A stretch of DNA of 32,000 nt from Pseudanabaena sp. (lineage in GTDB: Bacteria > Cyanobacteriota > Cyanobacteriia > Pseudanabaenales > Pseudanabaenaceae). Shown here in pieces: positions 1 to 8,171 of this stretch. Position numbers and translations under genes: made by a program. Under the pieces are notes generated by a model that had not been told where the DNA came from, ran no database searches, and worked only from the letters and a program-made list of their open reading frames with translations. The DNA lies in contig JBILGV010000024.1 of the NCBI GenBank assembly GCA_044350865.1, forward strand, positions 1 through 32,000, in the 5' to 3' direction. Position 1 is the first letter of the stretch. Every line of letters begins with the position of its first letter.

Positions 1-252
1 TTCCACAAAACTTTCGACGGTTGTATTGGGTAAATTTAGCAACCTATCAAGATACAAGTCCATACCTGTCACTAGCTATATTTGTAACTTATTATACATT
101 AATCCCCTCAAATCCAGAAGAGCCGTTTTATTGCAATTGGCGACAATAAAGATGAAACAAACAAAGCAATTATTGATATATATTCAAGTGGAATTAATAC
201 ATCTCGTGACACTTGGGCTTATAGCTTTTCTCGTCAATCCCTAACAGACAAT

Positions 253-1353
253 ATGAAGAGAATGATTTCTTTTTATAATTCTCAAGTTGAAAAGTTCAAA
301 GAACATTCTAAAGACAAACTATTCAAAGATACTAAAGATAGGCAAGAAAAAGTAGAAGCGTTTATTAGCAATGATCCCCAAAATATAAGTTGGTCAAGAG
401 GATTAAAAAACGATCTTGGAAGACTTGTTAATTATGATTTCTCTGATGATTCAGTTGTTAAGGGAATGTATAGACCATACTGCAAACAGTGGTGCTATTT
501 CAACAAGTATTTTAATGACATGATCTACCAAATGCCTAGAATTTTTCCAAACAACAATCTGGAAAATCTAGTGATTAGCGTAACTGGAATAGGCGCAAGT
601 AAAGGTTTTTCAGCATTATTAACTGACTCTCTTCCAAATTACCATTTACACGATACTGGTAAATGCTTCCCACTTTATACCTATGAAAAACCCGAACCAA
701 CCGACCAAACCACACTCTTCCTAACCGAAACAGGCTACACCAAAAAAGAAAACATCCCCGACACCATCCTCAGCGACTTCCAAACCACCTATCAAGACCA
801 AACCATAACCAAAGAAGACATCTTCTATTACATCTATGGCATCCTTCATAGCCCCGAATACAAACAACGCTTCGCCGCCGACCTCAAAAAAATGTTGCCC
901 CGCATCCCCTACGCCGCCGACTTCCACAGCTTCAGCACCGCAGGACGCAACCTCGCCCAATGGCATCTCAACTATGAAAATATAGAACCCTATCCATTAG
1001 AAGAATTCAAAAGCGAACTCTATCTCGAAGCCAAAGACTATCGCGTAGAGCGCATGAAATTCCCCAACCGCAACAAAGCCGTAGACAAAACCACAATTAT
1101 CTACAACAGCAAAATCAGCCTCTCAGGCATACCATTAGAAGCCTACGAATACATCGTCAATGGCAAACCCGCCCTAGAATGGATCATGGAACGCTATCAA
1201 CTCACCCGCGACAAAGATAGCGGAATTACCAACAATCCCAACGACTGGTCAGACGACCCGCGCTACATCATCGATCTGGTTAAACGCATCGTGCGCGTAA
1301 GTGTCGAGTCGGTTAAAATTGTTAACAGCTTGCCACCATTGAATGAGAGATAG
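253..1353 (+). CDS. Type ISP restriction-modification enzyme, C-terminal specificity region (5' part missing/disrupted)
   Basis: ORF with MYRPYCKQWCYFNKYFNDMIYQMPRIFPNNN...LVISVTGIG...GKCFPLYTYE and C-terminal NPNDWSDDPRYIIDLVKRIVRVSVESVKIVNSLPPL, typical of the type ISP C-terminal domain. Homology-like coding continues upstream in the same frame to about nt 103 (SRFIAIGDNKDETNKAIIDIYSSGINTSRDTWAYSFSRQSLTDNM). Confidence 0.8.
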   Translation: MKRMISFYNSQVEKFKEHSKDKLFKDTKDRQEKVEAFISNDPQNISWSRGLKNDLGRLVNYDFSDDSVVKGMYRPYCKQWCYFNKYFNDMIYQMPRIFPNNNLENLVISVTGIGASKGFSALLTDSLPNYHLHDTGKCFPLYTYEKPEPTDQTTLFLTETGYTKKENIPDTILSDFQTTYQDQTITKEDIFYYIYGILHSPEYKQRFAADLKKMLPRIPYAADFHSFSTAGRNLAQWHLNYENIEPYPLEEFKSELYLEAKDYRVERMKFPNRNKAVDKTTIIYNSKISLSGIPLEAYEYIVNGKPALEWIMERYQLTRDKDSGITNNPNDWSDDPRYIIDLVKRIVRVSVESVKIVNSLPPLNER

Positions 1354-1360
1354 ACATACC

Positions 1361-1582
1361 ATGCTTAAACCGATCACCCTTCAAGTCGAAGCCCCCATCG
1401 CTGAGGCATATCAAAATACAACACCTGAAAACCGTCAAGCCTTGCAAACCCTTGTCAGCATCTTTTTACAATGTATTTCCCAACCAACCCCACTCCAAAA
1501 AGTAGTCCAAGAAATTCGTTTAGAAGCACAACAAAAGGGACTTACTCCCGAAATCTTAGAGGAAATCCTCAAGGATGACTAA
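1361..1582 (+). CDS. Putative antitoxin of a PIN-domain (VapBC-like) module
   Basis: Small ORF (preferred ATG 1361; ORF track start 1343) MLKPITLQVEAPIAEAYQNTTPENRQALQ... overlapping the start of the PIN gene by 8 nt. Confidence 0.6.
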   Translation: MLKPITLQVEAPIAEAYQNTTPENRQALQTLVSIFLQCISQPTPLQKVVQEIRLEAQQKGLTPEILEEILKDD

Positions 1583-2024
1583 ACTAAGATTAGTAATCGA
1601 TACCAACATCTTGGTCAGTGGCTTAATGTCTGTAAATTCTTTGCCTCAGCAGGTTTTTGACTATGCCACATCTGAAGCAATACTGCTGATATCAGATGAA
1701 GTTCAATCAGAAATAGAAAATGTCATCAGTCGCCCAAAACTCCAAAAATACATCACCTTAGAACGGCGTACTAAATTTTTAGCTGAATTAAGCCAGCAGG
1801 TCGAAAGAGTCACAATCAACCAGCAAATTCGAGCCTGTCGCGATCCCAAAGATGACAAGTTCCTAGAATTAGCTGTCTGCGGTGAAGCCAACTACATCAT
1901 TACAGGCGATGCCGATCTTTTAGATTTGCACCCATTCCAAAATATTTTTATCATCAAAGCCGCTAATTTTTTAACCGTAGTTAAAATCGTGAATAGCTTA
2001 CCACCATTGAATGAGCGCACCTAA
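1575..2024 (+). CDS. PIN-domain toxin (putative toxin-antitoxin system toxin component)
   Basis: LVIDTNILVSGLMS...ISRPKLQKYI...CRDPKDDKFLELAVCGEANYIITGDADLLDL; conserved acidic residues of the PIN fold. C-terminal VVKIVNSLPPLNERT is extra. Confidence 0.88.
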   Translation: MTKLRLVIDTNILVSGLMSVNSLPQQVFDYATSEAILLISDEVQSEIENVISRPKLQKYITLERRTKFLAELSQQVERVTINQQIRACRDPKDDKFLELAVCGEANYIITGDADLLDLHPFQNIFIIKAANFLTVVKIVNSLPPLNERT

Positions 2025-2072
2025 ACCAAAAATGCTAAGATATGCTCACTCGCTTTGTAAGGAGGTTTCTGT

Positions 2073-2297
2073 ATGACTAACGCAACCTATGATGAAATTT
2101 TTGGAACAGTCTTAACCCTGCCCCCTCTATACCGCGCCATGCTTGCAGAACATCTCCTTAACAGCCTTGATGAAATTAATCCCGAAATCGAAACAGCTTG
2201 GAATAGAGAAATATCTAATCGTATAGAAGCGATCGACCAAGGTAAAGTTACCTTAATTCCAGCCGATCAAGTATTGCAAAAACTAAGGAATCGCTAA
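2073..2297 (+). CDS. Addiction module protein (antitoxin)
   Basis: MTNATYDEIFGTVLTLPPLYRAMLAEHLLNSLDE..., addiction-module antitoxin-like, immediately followed by a RelE/ParE-like gene. Confidence 0.8.
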   Translation: MTNATYDEIFGTVLTLPPLYRAMLAEHLLNSLDEINPEIETAWNREISNRIEAIDQGKVTLIPADQVLQKLRNR

Positions 2298-2587
2298 TGT
2301 TTCTTGAGTTTGATCCTAATGCACAACTAGAACTTGAAGCAGCAGCTTCATACTATGACAGCATCAATCGTAAACTTAACCAAGCCTTTATTGATGCCGT
2401 TGAAAGAACCCTCAATCGCATCGTTCAGTTTCCAAATGCTTGGACACCAATGATTGCAGATGCTAGACGTTGCCATATTGACGGATTCCCCTATGGCATT
2501 GTGTACCGAGTTTGTGGCGATCGCATCCAGATCCTAGCTGTTATGCACCTACAACGCAAACCAAACTATTGGATAGATAGAAATTAG
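2297..2587 (+). CDS. Type II toxin-antitoxin system RelE/ParE family toxin
   Basis: FDPNAQLELEAAASYYDSINRKLNQAFIDAVERTLNRIVQFPNAWTPM...RCHIDGFPYGIVYRVCGDRIQILAVMHLQRKPNYW. Confidence 0.9.
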   Translation: MFLEFDPNAQLELEAAASYYDSINRKLNQAFIDAVERTLNRIVQFPNAWTPMIADARRCHIDGFPYGIVYRVCGDRIQILAVMHLQRKPNYWIDRN

Positions 2588-2616
2588 ACATAAATCCGTT
2601 AAAAACATTATTCACT

Positions 2617-2808
2617 ATGAAAGATCCTTCAATTAAAATCAAAAAACCACCCAAGGAAGCCCTCATTGCCTTATGCCGTTCTGCTAAAAAAATGTCTGAA
2701 TTATTAAAAGCTCACGGCATTAGCGAAGATGAAATCATTGCCGAATTTAACGCTATGCGTAAACAAGCAAGGAAAGATGAAGACAATAATGGAACAGCCA
2801 AAACGTAG
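2617..2808 (+). CDS. Hypothetical small protein, orphan antitoxin-like
   Basis: 63-aa ORF IKIKKPPKEALIALCRSAKKMSELLKAHGISEDEIIAEFNAMRKQARK; position in the TA cluster. Confidence 0.5.
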   Translation: MKDPSIKIKKPPKEALIALCRSAKKMSELLKAHGISEDEIIAEFNAMRKQARKDEDNNGTAKT

Positions 2809-2831
2809 AAATTTATCTTGGTAGTTAAATT

Positions 2832-3161
2832 ATGCCTGAAACATTACAGTACATAACCAACGAACAAGGCGATCGCATCGGCGTTGTCTTAGATTTAGAT
2901 ACCTATTCTCGACTTACTCCCGCTTTAGATCCTGAATATCTTATTGGCTTAAACACAGAAGAACTAAAAGCCCTCGCTACTTGCAAATTAGCCCTAACCG
3001 ATCAAAATCACCTAGATCAACTAATCGATAGAAACACCGAAAATTCACTCTCTGAAGAGGAACTTGATGATTTAGATGACCTTCTAGAGAAAGTGGATCA
3101 TCTCACTATCCTAAAAACTCGCGCCAGATACACCCTTAAGTCAAACAAAAAAGCAACCTAG
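2832..3161 (+). CDS. Hypothetical protein, Phd/RelB-like antitoxin N-terminus
   Basis: MPETLQYITNEQGDRIGVVLDLDTYSRL...LSEEELDDLDDLL; TA cluster context. Confidence 0.5.
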   Translation: MPETLQYITNEQGDRIGVVLDLDTYSRLTPALDPEYLIGLNTEELKALATCKLALTDQNHLDQLIDRNTENSLSEEELDDLDDLLEKVDHLTILKTRARYTLKSNKKAT

Positions 3162-3280
3162 CCAAAATTGGTTAAGGTTGCTTTTTGAAAGGCTTACGAA
3201 GCAATGCTTTCAAATTTTTTCAAAAATAAAGTCCAGAAACCTTGAGAAGGGCTTAGCCATTTCCAACGTTTCTCGGTTTT

Positions 3281-4522
3281 CTAGAAACTAGGACTATTGA
3301 GCAGTAAATCAGAATTTAAAGTCACTGCTAAGTCAGTATTTGGATTGACAGAAGAGAGGGTAACACTGTCACGTCCTAGAAACAGACCGAGTAGAGTGGC
3401 AATCCCTGCACCACCAAGGATTTCTTCAGTGGCAAGAGCGCGATCGCCAGTTACAGCCGAGATCGCGGCGGCGGCAGCAGCACCGAGAGCAGCATTCTGG
3501 ACTAGTTTGCCCACGCTGATACCCTTATCAACTCTCTCAGTTGTAGTCACCACCTTAGAAGTGCCATTAAGTGGCAGCCTTTGTCCATTCGCAAACACAA
3601 GTTCGCTAGCAAAGAACTGAGCGCCACCAGATACGGTTCTCAATTCTCCAGACACTTGCGTACCCGCAGGAATTAAAATTTGACCTTGAGCATTGGTAAT
3701 ATTTTGTGGCACTGTGAGAATCAAAGGTACTTTTTCATCAGGACCTAACAAGATCTTGTCCTTGGAATACTGCACGGCGATCGTATTACCTGCGGGAATT
3801 CTCACCTGATTTTGGACTGGGGGATTATTGGTTTGACCGACGATATAGGGTGAAGCGATCGCTGTCACCTGCCCCGATCGCACTAAGCCTTGATAGATAA
3901 ACGCGGCAACTTCGGCTCTAGTCGCGGTTTGGTTAGGATTTAGAAACTGGACATTAGGATAGTTAACGACCATCCGATTTTCTGTCGCCGCCGCCACACT
4001 ACTTCGCGCATAGTCAGGAATGCTTGCAGCATCTGCATAAGTCTGCAAAATTGTCTCAGGTGCTTGATTTGCAGTGTAATTCAGACCATTAGCAAGGGAT
4101 ACTAAAATCTGTACGCGGGGGATATTTTGAGCGGGTTCAAAAACATTGCCTGGATAACCTGCCATAAAGCCTGTTGTGTATGCTTTTTGAATTGCTGAAG
4201 CAGCCCAATAGTTCGGATCAACATCTACGAACGTGACAGCATTGCGAGTCGGAGCTTTAGTCATCGCTTTGTTCAACATCGCGGCAAACTGCGCTCTAGT
4301 TACGGGATCGTTAGGACGAAATCCACCATCAGGGAAGCCTTTGATAATGTCTCTGGATGCTAACTCTTGAATAAAAGTTTGCGCCCAATAGTTGGTCGGT
4401 ACATCATTAAAAGTTGTCTGAGCAAGGGCGGAGGCTATGCTGATGAAGGGAATTGCAGAGCTACCAATGAAGCTAACAGCGACAAGTAAAGCAGTAGTAG
4501 AACGTTGCGTTTGATTTGTCAT
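3281..4522 (-). CDS. S-layer homology (SLH) domain-containing protein
   Basis: Signal peptide followed by SLH repeats (FNDVPTNYWAQTFIQELASRDIIKGFPDGGFRPNDPVTRAQFAAML; FVDVDPNYWAASAIQKAYTTGFMAGYPGNVFEP...). Confidence 0.92.
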   Translation of the reverse strand: MTNQTQRSTTALLVAVSFIGSSAIPFISIASALAQTTFNDVPTNYWAQTFIQELASRDIIKGFPDGGFRPNDPVTRAQFAAMLNKAMTKAPTRNAVTFVDVDPNYWAASAIQKAYTTGFMAGYPGNVFEPAQNIPRVQILVSLANGLNYTANQAPETILQTYADAASIPDYARSSVAAATENRMVVNYPNVQFLNPNQTATRAEVAAFIYQGLVRSGQVTAIASPYIVGQTNNPPVQNQVRIPAGNTIAVQYSKDKILLGPDEKVPLILTVPQNITNAQGQILIPAGTQVSGELRTVSGGAQFFASELVFANGQRLPLNGTSKVVTTTERVDKGISVGKLVQNAALGAAAAAAISAVTGDRALATEEILGGAGIATLLGLFLGRDSVTLSSVNPNTDLAVTLNSDLLLNSPSF

Positions 4523-4787
4523 TTTTAAGATGTCTCCTATGCAAGGTCATGCATATTTGATGAATGACTGTATATTCAAAACAAATGTTCCTGAAATATT
4601 TTTGCGTAAAATACTAAAATACAGGAAAATATTTCATTTTTACAGCTTATAACTTAAATAAATCAATCAAGTCAAACATAAAAATTGTTATGTAGAGCCA
4701 AAATAATTTGACTTAATTAAATAAATCAATCAAATCAAACATAATATCGTAAGTAATTAGGAATTACACAAAAAAACTAAACGTAAA

Positions 4788-4817
4788 CGTAGGGGCAATT
4801 CATGAATTGCCCCTACG
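4788..4817. repeat. Perfect 30-nt palindrome (REP/terminator-like)
   Basis: cgtaggggcaattcatgaattgcccctacg is its own reverse complement; shares an 18-nt core with 22171-22200. Confidence 0.85.
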
Positions 4818-4833
4818 CTAAAATCGATGCAGC

Positions 4834-5697
4834 TTACAAATACAGATTGCGATCGCTTTGAGTATTAGTCAAAAAAGCTTCGAGTTGTTCCCATTGTTGT
4901 GACTCAACTAAACCAATCACGTCCTGTAAAGATTGTTGATAGGTATAGAGCGATCGCAATAATGCTGAGTGATTATATTCCGCCATTAGTCGCCCTAATT
5001 CAGGATTGCCGCCACCCACACGACTGGTATCCCGAAATCCTGAGCTAGCTAAATTTTGAGCTAATTGCAGCACGATCGCATCGTTTTCCTGCTGACAGGA
5101 TGCAATTAAACTGGCGCTAATCATCACGGGTAAATGGCTAATCATCGCCACAGCGCGATCATGATCTTCAGGATTACATTCATAAACTTTCATTCCCACC
5201 GTTTGCCAAAGCGATCGCACTTTCTCGACTGCTTCAAGATCATCGCTAGGCGTGACAACACAGGGGCGATTTTGAAATAAATTTTGTTCGGCGGCGGCGA
5301 TACCTTGAAAAGCAGTACCTGCCATCGGATGGCTACCGATAAATCTCTGGTTATACTTTTGACAAATATTGGTCGCAGGTTCAACGATCGCTGCCTTGAC
5401 TGAACCGACATCGGTAAAAATTAGATTAGGCGACAACTTTGGAGCTAGTGCCGAAATCGTTGGTAAAATCGCGGCGATCGGCGTGCAGATGACCACAATA
5501 TCGGTTTGACTGAGAATGCGATCGGGAATATTGGCGATATCTGGATTAGCAATATTTACAGAGGCGATCGCTTCGGCTTGTTTACAGGTTTCAGGACTAC
5601 GGCTGATCCCCCAAACATAATGATCTTGATTTAAAGCGATCAGATCGAGTCCCAGCGAACCACCAATTAAGCCCAATCCAACTATGCCAATGTTCAT
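4834..5697 (-). CDS. tyrA: Prephenate/arogenate dehydrogenase
   Basis: MNIGIVGLGLIGGSLGLDL...DIVVICTPIAAILPTI...TDVGSVKAAIV...FIGSHPMAGT. Confidence 0.9.
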   Translation of the reverse strand: MNIGIVGLGLIGGSLGLDLIALNQDHYVWGISRSPETCKQAEAIASVNIANPDIANIPDRILSQTDIVVICTPIAAILPTISALAPKLSPNLIFTDVGSVKAAIVEPATNICQKYNQRFIGSHPMAGTAFQGIAAAEQNLFQNRPCVVTPSDDLEAVEKVRSLWQTVGMKVYECNPEDHDRAVAMISHLPVMISASLIASCQQENDAIVLQLAQNLASSGFRDTSRVGGGNPELGRLMAEYNHSALLRSLYTYQQSLQDVIGLVESQQWEQLEAFLTNTQSDRNLYL

Positions 5698-5716
5698 AAT
5701 ATCTACCCTATAAAAA

Positions 5717-5740
5717 GCAAAGGGCGCGGAGCGCCCCCTA
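5717..5740 (-). terminator. Probable intrinsic terminator of rpmB
   Basis: GC-rich inverted repeat gggcgc-gga-gcgccc just downstream of the minus-strand rpmB stop; followed on that strand by tttgcttttt. Confidence 0.45.
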
Positions 5741-5748
5741 CTTTTATC

Positions 5749-5985
5749 TTAGAACTTGTTAAGGTCAAGCCCTGCTTCCTTAGCAAATGCTGACAAACCC
5801 TTCTTTTGCAAAGTTTTGATTGCTTTGGTGGAAATTTGTAATTTTACAAAACGTTTTCCTTCTGCCCACCAAATTCTTTTATCTTGTAAGTTTACATGTT
5901 GTAAGTGCTTGTGACGCTTGTGCGAGAACGAAATCGATACAGAGTTATTGGCTTTTTTGCCTGTTAGTTGGCATACACGACTCAT
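5749..5985 (-). CDS. rpmB: 50S ribosomal protein L28
   Basis: [64 protein letters not shown]. Confidence 0.97.
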   Translation of the reverse strand: MSRVCQLTGKKANNSVSISFSHKRHKHLQHVNLQDKRIWWAEGKRFVKLQISTKAIKTLQKKGLSAFAKEAGLDLNKF

Positions 5986-6132
5986 AGTACTAGTCTCCTA
6001 TTTTTTCAGTCCAGTTGACAATATTACAACCTTTTGTGATAAAAGATCAAAAAATTATCTGCGCTGTGGGTGAAGGATAATTAGAGATAATATAGAATTC
6101 ATATTTTTTATCGTCAGGAAGCCGCAACAACC

Positions 6133-6756
6133 ATGATGAGCCAAGCCTTGCCTAAAGTTACAACCTTTGACGAGTTTGTGGAATTTCTTCCTGAAAATTC
6201 GGGCGTACGTTACGAACTACATAACGGAAATTTTACTAGAATAATTCAACCAGTTGGAGAACACGAAGAGTCTAAGGGCTTCTTGACCATAAAAATTGCT
6301 GTTGAAATCAAACGGGTACAACTTCCCTATGGTATTCCCAATCAAGTGATAGTTAGACCTGAAGGCAAAGATTCTGGATATTTTCCAGATATATTAGTGA
6401 TGAATCGTGCCAATCTGCCTAATGAACCGCGATGGAAAAAAGAATCGATTCTGAGTCAGGGAGCCTCCATTCCTTTAGCGATCGAAATTGTATCCACTAA
6501 CTGGCGGGATGATTATCATTTGAAATTTGCTGATTATGAAGAGATGGGAATTGCGGAATATTGGCTTGTGGATTATGCAGCTTTGGGAGGACGCAACTTC
6601 ATTGGTAATCCTAAACAACCGACTATATCAGTTTGTAATTTGCTGGATGGAGAATATCAAATTAGCAAATTTCGAGATAGCGATCGCCTAATCTCACAAA
6701 CTTTCCCTAACCTAAATCTCACCGCAAATCAAATTTTTCAAGCTGGCGTAGTTTAA
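6133..6756 (+). CDS. Uma2 family (DUF820) putative endonuclease
   Basis: TTFDEFVEFLPENSGVRYELHNGNF...PDILVMNRANLP...IPLAIEIVSTNWRDDYHLKFADYEEMGIAEYWLVDY. Confidence 0.92.
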   Translation: MMSQALPKVTTFDEFVEFLPENSGVRYELHNGNFTRIIQPVGEHEESKGFLTIKIAVEIKRVQLPYGIPNQVIVRPEGKDSGYFPDILVMNRANLPNEPRWKKESILSQGASIPLAIEIVSTNWRDDYHLKFADYEEMGIAEYWLVDYAALGGRNFIGNPKQPTISVCNLLDGEYQISKFRDSDRLISQTFPNLNLTANQIFQAGVV

Positions 6757-6779
6757 TTAATGATGTACTGAGTCGTAAC

Positions 6780-7760
6780 ATGTTTTATCCTCGTCTTAGC
6801 GGCGATCGCTATATCAACCCACTTACAGATTTTGGCTTCAAGCGCCTATTTGGAACCGAGCCGAACAAAAACCTGTTGATTGATTTTCTGAATGTAATCT
6901 TACCAACCCAACATCGGGTCAAAGATCTCACCTATCGCAGTACTGAAAACCTTGGCAATACGCCCCTTGATCGCAAGGCAGTCTTTGATCTTTACTGTCA
7001 AAGCGAAAAGGGCGAGAAATTCATTGTCGAAATGCAAAAGGCTAAACATAATTATTTTAAAGATCGCAGCATTTACTACGCATCTTTTCCCATTCAAGAC
7101 CAAGCAGAAAAAGGAGATTGGAACTACAAACTTGATCCAGTTTATACCATCGGCATTTTAGACTTTGTTTTTGATGAAGATAAAAACGATGACACTCTCT
7201 TACATATCGTTGAACTCAAAGATCAAAATTGCAAAGTTTTCTACGAAAAGCTGAAATTTATTTATCTGGAATTACCAAAATTCAAAAAAACAATCGATCA
7301 ACTAAACGACCATTTTGACAAGTGGTTGTTTTTGCTGAAACATCTACCCGATTTAGAAGAACCGCCTTTACCATTGCAAGAAAACGTATTTATGCAACTA
7401 TTTGAAGTTGCCCGAATTACGAACTTTTCTCCAGATGAACGGGAAGCCTATGAAAACAGCTTAAAGTATTATCGAGACATGAATGGTGTCATTGAAACAG
7501 CAAGAGAAGAAGGGAAAGTTCAAGGTATTCAAGAGGGTAAGGCTCAAGGTATTCAAGAGGGGAAGGCTCAAGGTGTGCAAGAGGGGAAAAGCTCTCTTTT
7601 GCTAAAACTGCTTTCTCGCAAACTAGGAACCATATCTGATGAAATTAAAGTTCTGTTGCACGAGTTATCGTCAGAACGATTAGATGTTTTGAGTGAAGCT
7701 TTGTTTGAATTAGAAAGCTTGGCAGATTTACACAATTGGCTCGAAAATATTAACAACTAG
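6780..7760 (+). CDS. Rpn family recombination-promoting nuclease/PD-(D/E)XK transposase-like protein
   Basis: YINPLTDFGFKRLFGTEPNKNLLIDFLNVIL...AVFDLYCQSEKGEKFIVEMQKA...YYASFPIQDQ; C-terminal QGIQEGKA repeats. Confidence 0.92.
   Translation: MFYPRLSGDRYINPLTDFGFKRLFGTEPNKNLLIDFLNVILPTQHRVKDLTYRSTENLGNTPLDRKAVFDLYCQSEKGEKFIVEMQKAKHNYFKDRSIYYASFPIQDQAEKGDWNYKLDPVYTIGILDFVFDEDKNDDTLLHIVELKDQNCKVFYEKLKFIYLELPKFKKTIDQLNDHFDKWLFLLKHLPDLEEPPLPLQENVFMQLFEVARITNFSPDEREAYENSLKYYRDMNGVIETAREEGKVQGIQEGKAQGIQEGKAQGVQEGKSSLLLKLLSRKLGTISDEIKVLLHELSSERLDVLSEALFELESLADLHNWLENINN
7521..7592 (+). repeat. In-frame 24-nt tandem repeats (3 units) encoding QG(I/V)QEGK(A/S)
   Basis: caaggtattcaagagggtaaggct / caaggtattcaagaggggaaggct / caaggtgtgcaagaggggaaaagc. 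Confidence 0.9.
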
Positions 7761-8156
7761 CAATATCCTCGGCGAGTAAAATTAATGGTTCGTTCTCGAT
7801 CTCAAGTATCGCCTCGGTAGTAGAGGGAAGCGGAGGCTCTGTATTCAAGAGGGTAAGGCTCAAGGTATTCAAGAGGGGAAGGCTCAAGGTGTGCAAGAGG
7901 GGAAAAGCTCTCTTTTGCTAAAACTGCTTTCTCGCAAACTAGGAACCATATCTGATGAAATTAAAGTTCTGTTGCACGAGTTATCGTCAGAACGATTAGA
8001 TGTTTTGAGTGAAGCTTTGTTTGAATTAGAAAGCTTGGCAGATTTACACAATTGGCTCGAAAATATTAACAACTAGCAATATCCTCGGCGAGTAAAATTA
8101 ATGGTTCGTTCTCGATCTCAAGTATCGCCTCGGTAGTAGAGGGAAGCGGAGGCTCT
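7525..8156. repeat. 316-bp direct tandem duplication (7525-7840 and 7841-8156)
   Basis: Block from gtattcaagagggtaagg to gaagcggaggctct recurs head-to-tail with no difference found by eye; the antisense ORFs 7568-7756 and 7884-8072 encode identical proteins. Confidence 0.95.
7891..8076 (+). pseudogene. Duplicated 3' fragment of the Rpn-family gene
   Basis: Encodes the same QEGKSSLLLKLLSRKLG...ADLHNWLENINN C-terminus as 6780-7760, without the nuclease domain. Confidence 0.85.
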
Positions 8157-8171
8157 GGTACAATGGATGAT

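Noticed and set aside
26-244. 72-aa ORF at the left edge
   Set aside because: Overlaps out of frame with the ISP-like translation GDNKDETNKAIIDIYSSGINTSRDTWAYSFSR, which is the more credible coding frame.
721-966. Minus-strand ORF inside the ISP gene
   Set aside because: Antisense to well-supported coding sequence with no recognisable family.
3297-3620. 107-aa plus-strand ORF
   Set aside because: Shadow ORF opposite the SLH protein; alanine/serine-rich with no family signature.
7521-7592. 24-nt repeats considered as a CRISPR-like or minisatellite array
   Set aside because: They are contiguous in-frame codon repeats (QGIQEGKA) without spacers, typical of the variable C-terminus of Rpn-family proteins.
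7884-8072. Two identical 62-aa minus-strand ORFs (7568-7756 and 7884-8072)
   Set aside because: They are antisense to the Rpn 3' end and its tandem copy; identity is explained by the 316-bp duplication.
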